The notes beneath the pieces are model-generated. The model was not told the origin of the DNA. It did not search any database and saw only the letters and a list, made by a program, of their open reading frames with translations. From positions 1 to 51,966 of the forward strand of contig JYFJ02002726.1 in assembly GCA_000934665.2 (NCBI GenBank): DNA of 51,966 nucleotides. Reading direction: 5' to 3'. Within the stretch, counting starts at the first letter, position 1. Every line of letters begins with the position of its first letter. Below, one piece after another: positions 10,601 through 20,100 of this stretch. The position numbers and the translations under genes were made by a program. Origin of the DNA: Catajapyx aquilonaris (Eukaryota).

Positions 10601-12782
10601 ATTGAGCAGTGCGTCCTTGGATGGGTCAACCTATCCTTCAGTGGGTTGTCCCAAGACCTGACGAAGAGGGGAAATTCCGTTGCCCCCTGCCAGCAATACC
10701 CTCTCTTTGCACCGGCACAGAAGCCAAAACACCCATTTTAAGAGTCCCCTCTCTTTTTTGTTATTCCTCTGTTGAGTCGGGTCCATCAGCAAGAACTCTG
10801 GCACACGCCCCCCCTGCAGCACAGAAGCCGCAGATTTATTACCCCGGCGATGGACTGTCCTGTGTCATGTCCGGTCAGGAGAGGTCCAGGGGGGGCCAAG
10901 AGACTGCTCCTTCCGGGCAGCTGTTCCTCTTGACAAACTTCGGAAGAGTGTGTTTCAAGGGAGGAGGATGAATATTTCCGTGGCGGCGCCTCTATATCAA
11001 AGCCCACTGGACCAAAATAAACCAGGAATAATTGGACCACATGTGCCCCTCTTTCTTTTTCAAAGGGGGCGAAAAATGGGGGCGAAAAAATGTATCATCA
11101 CTTCCTTTATGTCTCAGTACAATGCAGTGATGGAATTGTTGGCTATTCAAGAAAGAAAAACCAAGAAAATTTATTGCAAAATAATAATTTAGTGTCAAAT
11201 TTTCGTCACACTGCTAGATACACTGCTAACTTAGCAGTAACAGTGCCAAAACTGGCAGTGGGACGAAAATTCGACCCTTATTTTTTTGGTCAATATGGTA
11301 CTACGTCCATTTTTCTGAACATGCCCCTTAGCAATTACAGCCTGCGTGACACGATTTTTTTCCCCCCATCCTGTGGTTTTGGGGAAATAGGACCCATGGA
11401 ACCCTGGCGACGTTTTGCTTGATTGACTCATAAATTTTCGGTCTTCCCTTGAAGCCGAAAAAGGCCTAGAGCTCCTTTTGGCATTGATAAAATGTTGTGT
11501 CGGTGAGTTTTGAATTTCACAAGACTTTTCGAGAGAGAGGTTTGGGAGGGTTACCCCCCTTCAACTTTTGCGGTCAGCTTATTATGAAAAGGCTAGTCGT
11601 CAGATTTTGGGGTGTTTAGGAGACAGGGGACAGCCCAAAAGCCGCGTCTTGTTACCCTCTTCTTCATGTTACATGCCACACATTGTTGTGGTGTAAATAA
11701 GAAGGAGATGTTTGGTACGTGAAAGCCAATGTCCTGCTGTGACTTTTCCAGAAGGTCAACCCCTTTCTGGGGGGGAAAAAGGTGACTTTCGGCTTTTCTT
11801 AGAAAGTACAGGGTGAGTCAGTAGGTAGCACAAGGCGACGATATTAGCCCCTAAAACTGGTGAAATGGCGTCACGGGGCACGAGTGGGTTAATGCCTGTC
11901 ATGTGTTTCTGTCAAAGTCACCGTGGGTCCTAATTGCGGCACCCTCGCTTAGACTGCCAACAATATATTGTGTGAGAGAGAAGGGGGGGTGCTAGTGAGG
12001 GTACGTTGGGGTAGGTGTTCATTAGTAGAAGTTTTTCGGTGGGGGTGGTAACCGAAGCTGCTCTGGAAATGAGGAAAGGCATCATCTTGAGTGAAAGATG
12101 CTAGCGTGCTTCCGGTGCTGGAGCATCCGTCCTCTCCTCTTACTAGAACTTAGCTTAACCCACACACCACTTTTGGAATCACGGACTTGTGCCTCTGGAT
12201 ATGTGTATATGCAGCTACTAGGTGTCCACCAAGAAGCAGGAGATTTAGTATGATTCACCCGAGATTTATCTGCACGGTGTTAACCAGAGCCTATTACTAT
12301 AATATAGGCTCTGGTGTTAACTCTTGGAAGGGTTTGCTGGGGTGAATAATCCCTATCTTCTTCTCTGGCATCATCAGCAAACCGGTCACATTTTAGGCCC
12401 TATCTCTTCACCTTGGACCCAGTCATGTGATGATTTCTGGACAGGGCCGGATACAAGACCCCTGGGGGCTATTGTCATTGGCAGCTTGATGGGTGATGGT
12501 GCAAGCAAAAGGGTTGGTTTCAGAAATAGCGTTGGAAGCATCGTGATCAAAGCGATGTCTGAGCCAACAAGAAGTCGTGCTGGCGATGGGCGGTCACACC
12601 TAACAAAATAAACGCTGACTGACTTTTCCATCAACTTCTGGTTAGTTTTGACAGCAGAGCTTTTATGCCGGCGTGTGGATTAGTGCTTTTGGTTTCCTCT
12701 TACGCGGGGACCTCCTGTTTCCGAGTTTCCCCGGAAGCTCAACCAGAAGCCCACTGCATCGGTGGTCCATTTCATTGCACTG

Positions 12783-12975
12783 CAGGTGTGCAACAATTAT
12801 ATTGCAAGGCGGTTTTTTGGGGGGGATTTTCCAGCTGCACGTGGGGCCAAAATTCAAATGGTAAGGGTGAGTCAGAGGTGGGTCAGTTCGCTTCAGCTAG
12901 GTAGGGTTTCCCTTGGGTCTCACAAAACAGGTAAGCGTTAGATTTGTCATAGCGTCTTCCAAGTTGTAACACCTG
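12783..12975. promoter_or_regulatory. Candidate twist enhancer (NF-kB/Dorsal, TAGteam/Zelda, Snail-type E-box and AP-1 motifs)
   Basis: CAGGTG 12783, GGGATTTTCC 12823, TGAGTCA 12868, TAGGTAG 12898, GGGTTTCCC 12904, CAGGTAA 12928 and CACCTG 12970. Motif evidence only. Confidence 0.35.
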
Positions 12976-14379
12976 CTTGGCACCTCAGGCTATACACGCT
13001 ACAAACTGGTCTGGTATACAGCTGTGATAGTATATGGGACCACCGGCACGCATAATCAGCGTTAGACCAGCTGGCTGTGAAGCCGCAAAAATTAAGGCCG
13101 ATTATTACTGTTAATACTTGCACATTATTGGAGATTACCTCTGATTTGAAACAACTGCGGCAGTAGCCTATATTCCTCTTGGCACAGTATTGCGCGGGAT
13201 ATTAAATAATATCCACTATGACAATAAGGATGAATGCATATGCGTTAGCTTCGACTTTACTTGGTGCGCCTGCATAACACTCATAACACTGGTCAGTAAG
13301 TGACTGAAACACTTAGAATTTGACACACTGTAATCACAGCAAGTTATGCAATAAATGATAGGTCAATCGGACAAGTCACTGATACCAAAGGCTTCTACGT
13401 GCCAGTTTTTTTGGAGCCAAAAAATATCTCCTAAATTTGAGAGTTTTCCATCATATTCTGGATTTTCAAATTAGCTTCTTTGTGCAGATGATTTGGTATA
13501 TTTCAAAAGTGATTGTGTGGTGATTCTTTCCATTCTTATCGCGAATGTGAGCTCAAAGTGAAGATGTCACAGGCGTCAGGCGGTGTAGGTGTCCGTTCAA
13601 CAAAGTCGTGGATTTTGACCCATGAGGTACGATTGTCAGTTGCTCCTATGATAACTCTTTTACCGCATAAAATATGGTCAAGAGCTAATAATATGGTACA
13701 GTAGAGTGGTCGAAAAAGAATGCCTCGATTCTGAAACCATATTATAACTCGAAAACTTGTAGACATCTAAGAAAAAACTTGTAGACATGCTAAGAAAGGT
13801 CTACAGTTTTGGTCTCACCTTATTCTATATGAGCTCCATTATTTTGTCGCTCGGAAAATGTAAATACTCTAATCGGTGTCGTGCCTAACCCGGTCAGACT
13901 CATGTCTGAAGTCGCCTTTGTCCTACTAAGGTGCTGGAGATGCCGGATATTTCCAGCACCATTTATATCTTCACAAAAAAGTCAACATTAATTTGTACAT
14001 TCTATAAATGAAAATATCTAAACGTTGGCCTATAATTATGAACCATATGGTCTTCAATTGACGAATCTTGCTGTATAATAATCAAGGCAGTTAAGCGAGA
14101 AAGACATATCCGAAGAGCACCATCTGAGAGTTATGCATGGCGTGATGAATAACATCATTGCGATCTTTTCATAGTATGAGCTTCATTTAAGGATGGCAAC
14201 GGGGAAAAAACATGATAGCATGTATGTGTTTACGCAAACGCACATTACACTGGACATACACCCAAATATTTGGTTGGCATGTTGTTGCTTTTCGTCCTTC
14301 GAATAGCATTCAAGCTATGTGCTGCAGTGCAAAATATTTTCGGCCGGTCGCTACATGAACTTGCCAATCAGAGCACGCC

Positions 14380-14480
14380 AATTCATGTAATGTCATGTGA
14401 ATAATCGGGGGCTTGTTTATGATATTAAGTACTATCACAAATAAGAGCCCTCGATTATTCACATTGCATAAACACGAATT
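14380..14480. repeat. Imperfect palindrome/hairpin of about 100 bp
   Basis: atgtgaataatcgggggcttgtttatgata ... tatcacaaataagagccctcgattattcacat. Confidence 0.75.
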
Positions 14481-15118
14481 GTTTTAGTTCATTAGTGACT
14501 TCATTTTTAAGAAGGCCAAATATGCATTTGTCTTATCAGCTGGTGTCACGTGTCATTTCTAGACACCCATAAGTGCATAATTAGGTGTCAATTACTGGTA
14601 GCGTGCATCCCCACCTGGTGCCAGTGAGTCACTTCTGATACAACTGTCAACGCGTGCCACCGTGCTAAATAGTTCACGTGATTCATGAAAACAATGCCCA
14701 CAGATTCTTCGAAATATACCCCTGATTTACATACTTGATAATGCAATAAACGGCGTATACCAGGAGCCCGTACACATGTCCAGCATTCATCTTAGCCCAA
14801 CCAGTCGTCTCCAGTATTTTACGACTTCAAAAAACACGGCCTAAAATAATGATGAAATGCACCCTGGAGGACCCCAAGCACCGCCCCTTCCAAGCCCCCA
14901 GAGCCTATACCCTCGTCTGGGCGGAGTCTATCTCTCCAAGAATCCTCTTCCCCTCCTTCCCCCTTCCCCCCCTCCAAAAAGGGCAGGTGGAAAGTACCCC
15001 CCGATGAAGGCGGTGACATATCGCCAAGGAGAGTCTTTGAGAGAGCTGCACTTTTGTCACGCTCCGCAACAGCTGCATCTTCCGGTTGTCTCAAAACCAG
15101 TGAGAAAGGTCAGTCACG

Positions 15119-15829
15119 ATGCTTAGGAGCATGGATAAGCCAGGTTCGACCCAGTATGACTTCAAGTACGAGGTACCATCCCCACCGTACTACCAGACGG
15201 ACTTTGTCAATTCGTCTCCGGAGTCGATGTATCCCAACCAGCAGCAACAACAGCCGCAAGTGTATGCCACACCTGGGTTTGTGAACTACCCGTACGACCC
15301 GACCATCATGTGCAAGACCGAGTTGGGGTACCAGACGCTGATGGCCCAGCCGAAGACCTACGCGCCTGTCATCTCGCCAAAAGAGCGCAAGAGGAAGAGG
15401 GCTTCGTCGGCTGGAGGCAGCACCAGCGGAAGCGACACTGAGGAAGGCAGCACCAGCGGGGACAACTCGTCGTCATCTCTGTCGTCCAAGAAGCTGAGGA
15501 GACGGGCCCAGTCGTTCGAGGACCTCCAGAACCAGAGGGTGATGGCCAACGTTCGGGAGAGACAGAGGACCCAGAGCCTGAACGACGCTTTTGCCAAACT
15601 GCGCCACACCATTCCGACCATGCCATCGGACAAACTGTCCAAGATCCAGACCCTCCGGTTGGCATCCAGCTACATCGACTTCCTCTCTCAGGTCATCCTC
15701 ACCGGAGAGACAGAGTCCAAACCACCAGCATGCAACTTCTACGGTGTCCAGCAAGGTCTCAGCCAGGCATTCGGACTCTGGAGGATGGCCGGGACATGGA
15801 GCGAATCGGAACTCAACTCCATCTCGTAA
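15119..15829 (+). CDS. twi: Twist-family bHLH transcription factor (start could also be the ATG at 15131)
   Basis: The bHLH reads [59 protein letters not shown]. There is a C-terminal WR motif ([14 protein letters not shown]) and basic NLS-like stretches (KERKRKR, KKLRRR). Confidence 0.93.
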   Translation: MLRSMDKPGSTQYDFKYEVPSPPYYQTDFVNSSPESMYPNQQQQQPQVYATPGFVNYPYDPTIMCKTELGYQTLMAQPKTYAPVISPKERKRKRASSAGGSTSGSDTEEGSTSGDNSSSSLSSKKLRRRAQSFEDLQNQRVMANVRERQRTQSLNDAFAKLRHTIPTMPSDKLSKIQTLRLASSYIDFLSQVILTGETESKPPACNFYGVQQGLSQAFGLWRMAGTWSESELNSIS

Positions 15830-16496
15830 GTTGTAATTGTCGCAATCATTTAATTGTAAATACAACCGGGACAGTATGTTCCTGTTGCATTTACAAAATA
15901 TGGTCGCATATTTTGGGAAAGTGTTGTGCAGGGACTCCCTGGGCAGGTCGAGAAACTCTATCTGCCCCACCAAGTTGACCCTGCGCTAGTGACCTTGCAA
16001 CCAAATGGGTCAAGTTTCAGTAGCTGCAGGTTCAACCGATGGTCCCATCCACCCAGGGGTCGCTTCCTAATCATGATTTAGGATCGAGAGGCGTGTCCGA
16101 CTTCCCAAAATTTTCTCTCTCTTTTTTTTGGTTCTCAGTTTCGGAACCCAGCATCCCCCCTCGACCTTTTCGTCATTCCCCAGGCGGTCCTTTGTTGTCG
16201 CAGCCTCCTGTCCTTTTTGTCAGACAGCACTTGCTCCCCATCCATCTGCCTTTTTCCCTCTGAAGCTTCCTGCTGGCTTCTGGGAATCTGCAGAAGCCAG
16301 TTTCTTCACACCTTATCTGCTCCGCTTTCTTTCAATTTCTGACAAAATGAGGTTCGGGACAGCGCGACTTTTTCAACCCAGCTATTTCGGTATACGGAAT
16401 GTTTGCGTATTGGAACATTTGGAAGCCCAAAAATTGAATGTAAACACTTATTTATTTTGAGGCGGTTAGTTTTGTGCATTGTAATTGTTTTTGGGT

Positions 16497-17088
16497 TCAT
16501 ATCATGTGGACATCGCACACTTCATGTTTCGGCGGACCTTCTACGTTGTATGGTGTCTGGTAGGCATGGTACGGTCCTTTAGGCGGGTCACCAGATCGAG
16601 GCATGGTCAGATAGGTCGGGTTCAGCGCAATAGGGTACTTGGTAGTCCATGGGTACAGCGGAGGATTAGGCCACCTCCTCTGCAACTCCAATTCTCGTGT
16701 GTACACATGACGTGGTGGGTACGACAAGGGTGTCGTAGCTGCTTTTATCAGCTTCTGTGCATTTTGGGTATATATCAGAGTATCCAACAGTTCGCGGCGA
16801 CGACCTGCAAGTTACTAGTGTCAGTAATTTACATGGTAAAGGAACAGACCAGGTCATACCCATTTGTGGTCCCACGACGTATATCTTAGGTTCGAACCAG
16901 AATCGCTTGTATTTATCAACAATCGGCTTCTCCTTTCCCACATCCTTGTGTACGCATGGTTCGCCCTTGGTCAGATTGCAGCAAGTTGGTCCCAGGTACT
17001 CAGACCGGTACATGCAGTTCGGGAACTGCTGCCCAGGAGGTCTTGGACACCCGCAGTCATGTCCTTCCCTTTTTATAGCCCGTACCAT
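16497..17088 (-). CDS. Putative unannotated two-exon gene (exons 17088-16860 and 16804-16497), 178-aa Pro/Tyr/Cys-rich protein of unknown function
   Basis: Start context ACCATGG. A 55-nt intron G|GTATGA...TACTGAC...TTGCAG|GT joins two ORF-track fragments in phase (229+308 nt = 179 codons). AATAAA lies 40 nt after the stop (16456-16451), and X-box GTTGCTTGGTAAC at 17134-17146. Confidence 0.65.
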
Positions 17089-17133
17089 GGTTCTAACACC
17101 TTCCTAAGCTAAAAGTTGGAATACGCTTGTTCT

Positions 17134-17146
17134 GTTGCTTGGTAAC
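17134..17146. promoter_or_regulatory. RFX X-box upstream of the orphan antisense gene
   Basis: GTTGCTTGGTAAC fits the GTNRC-N(1-3)-RGYAAC consensus, about 45 bp upstream of the ATG at 17088. Confidence 0.55.
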
Positions 17147-20100
17147 ATGTTTTGCCCCCATCAAATGCGTTTGGCATAAGCGTCCAATTAGACATGCGAC
17201 GAAATACGGCGCCCGTCATGCGAATCATAAATCGGCGCCTCGTTGAAGTCGGTACCGTTTTTTCACAAAGGTCCGGTCAGTAAAAGAGACCGCGTTCTGA
17301 ATCATCCATAAACAAGTGCAGTAAATTTTTTTGACTCGGCCTAATTTTTGGGCAGGTATTGCCATCTGCTTCTTCGGTTATTTTATTTCCTGAGGCCAAG
17401 AAGGCCAAAGATTGTTCTACCAGATCGTGGGCTGCTGAGTGTGATTGCTTTTCCACAGACCGACTGTTACATTGACAGGCAAGGGAAAGGAGGTGCCCAA
17501 ACGGTGGTCACCATAATCCCAAGCCCATTTAGTTATAGGCCTCCCGCGGCTGCAAAATCTATTAGGTTTGCCCAGAAAATTGCGAAGAAGTCAATTGTGT
17601 TAGTTCATCCTCCTGAAAAAAAAGTGGTTTTTGGCAAGACTATTCGGACAAGAGAATGAGCCAAAGGAGCGCTCTTAGCAATCCGTCTTCCCTAAAAGAG
17701 TGTGAATATATCCGGAGATTCTGGACACGAGCCCAAGACTGAGGGTGTAAGATCTTAAGGAATCGCTCGGGATACGCCCCAAGTTTTTTTTTTGGGAAGA
17801 TTTCTATGCACAACACACGCTTTCAAACTAGTTTAAAACTACTGAGTTTGTAATGCCAAGTGACAAGGATGTTATTAACACATTTATCTTTTCGGTTTTT
17901 TTTGCAGGTAAGCTTTGAGGCGGCTGCATTTGCATTTGGTTTGAAGCCGAAGATTGGTGCCAAGGATTTGTGTGATTTTTGTCTGCAGCTGGAGGTGGGA
18001 TGCAGCCTTATAATGTATTCAGAACTACTGCCTATAGTTGGCTAATTTTTTTATATTGACAATCATGTTCAAAATGCAAGGCCTTTTGCAGTAAATTATT
18101 TTCATAGCACAGTATTTTTACAATTGTGCTGGGTGTGTATAGATTATTCAGATACTCTCTGCATTGTTAGCATGCTGGATTTTTTAAAAAATGGATAAAG
18201 ATTTATGGCATGAACGTCAGAACCAAGTTGTACAAATATTATTTAGATTTGTAATAAAATATTTTTAACTTGACTCCTATTTTTCTTTATCGCAAATATC
18301 TAGACATTCGGGCACACTTCTGCTGATAAAGAGTGCAGCATCTCAAGTAAAACTGTGCTTATCTCCTATTTACATGGATTAAGAACTGGGTCCGAGATTG
18401 GATTCCGTCTTGAGTCAGCAGACTCACTCGAAATGACTCATTCCAATAATATTCACTCCTGATCACATCTCAAATCGGGTTCGAGTGACCAACTTCAGGC
18501 TTAAACTAACTCTAAAAGTCAGTGGACATAGCCTCGATTTTTGGTGAAACTAATAAATATTCTGGGACTGAATCTTGATAGTGCATTTCAAGGGAAATGA
18601 TGGGGGATAAAACGTCAGAGCCGGAAGCGCACATGGCATTTTTCCATCAACGACATCGCGACAGTGGAGCCTTTGAGATCCGAAGGGTTGACACACACTA
18701 ACAGCCAGACCAGAACTTTAAAAAAAAAGTGCCCATTTACTTAACACTTTGATGCTTTTTTTGCCGCTGTAATACATCGTGGTTGTCATTTCACAAGATT
18801 GGATCATGTGTCGCTTGGGATTCCACGAGACTGATTCAAGTGTAGGGGACATCGACTTCTGCTGTGACACTTCGTCCGATCTATTTCCGAGTAACTAATT
18901 AGGTTGAACGGAGCCTGTAAAAGTGACAGAAAATTGAAAAATTAACCCGGGGTTTTAGTCGACAACAATAAAATTTTCCACTTTTCTAGCTGAAGAATAT
19001 TTCCTGTCTTAGTTACAACCGGCGGAAATAAATAGGGTTATTTTCCGCTCACCCTGTAGTTGGCTGTCGGATGTAGTCAGATTCATTAGCTTACCGCCAT
19101 TTTTTTGTCGTATAATAATATGATTTCGAGAGAAAAACAGGAAAGACACCATTTTTCATAAGATGCTATGGATTAGATGCCATGGAAACATATTCATCTT
19201 CCCATTTTTGTTTCCAACTCCGCCCAATGTGTCGCTTTTGACTAACGATCCGGAAAGTGTGAATTCGAGTCAGGATTTTCATGTCGTTTGATTGACACCT
19301 GCCAAAAACAGGTCCGGACTTAAAATTAATGAAGTAGCTGCAAGTAGTTTTAAGTCGTAGTAAGTAGCATGAGTCTGTACTTTTTTTTCTTCTTCTTTCG
19401 TAAGTGTTCGTAACAAACCACGGGAGAGAGGCCTCCAACTCGACAAGATGAATCAGAGACATATCACATTACTAGTGATGTGACAAAAAAACGTGTCGCA
19501 GTTTTCTATCCCATGGCCTTGTTGGCCCTGGACTTAGCTTCAGTTTTGCTACCGACAAAAAGACATCTGACTCATCCTATCCGATTTACAAATAATGCAT
19601 TTAGTAACTTAATTAATTAGATAATAGCCGACATACTAAGCTGTTCGGCGGCTTAACAAACGAAATCTTCAGACTCAATTTCATGTGCTGAAAGAGTGGA
19701 GCCGCTGTCAATCACATGCCGCAGGTAGCCCAATTCAGGCGGCTCCACACATGCTTTTATAGTGATCCCAGCATGTCAGTGTAGGTTGTGACGTAGTTAA
19801 TCCCCATCCATTGATTACCATGTGTTACAAACAGACTCTCTCACCTTGATTCCCACGCTTGGCCAATCGTAAGCTCAAAGGGGGCGCGGATGACGTTTTT
19901 CATCTCTCGAAAATGAATCTTCGACGTGGAAATATGGTTCTGGAACTCTGTTGAAAGGAGGGGACAGCACGTGACAACCGGAAGAGACACCATCAGTGGC
20001 AGCTGCTCAGAAGAATGTCCCAGGGGACAACAAAAATCCCGATCATTTCAGACCATGTTTATTTACTCAGTTCCGGCTTCCATGTCAAATGTCAATACCC

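Noticed and set aside
16757..17107. Plus-strand ORFs (116, 134 and 82 aa) downstream of twist
   Set aside because: They have non-ATG starts and no gene signals. They are better explained as shadows of the minus-strand two-exon candidate.
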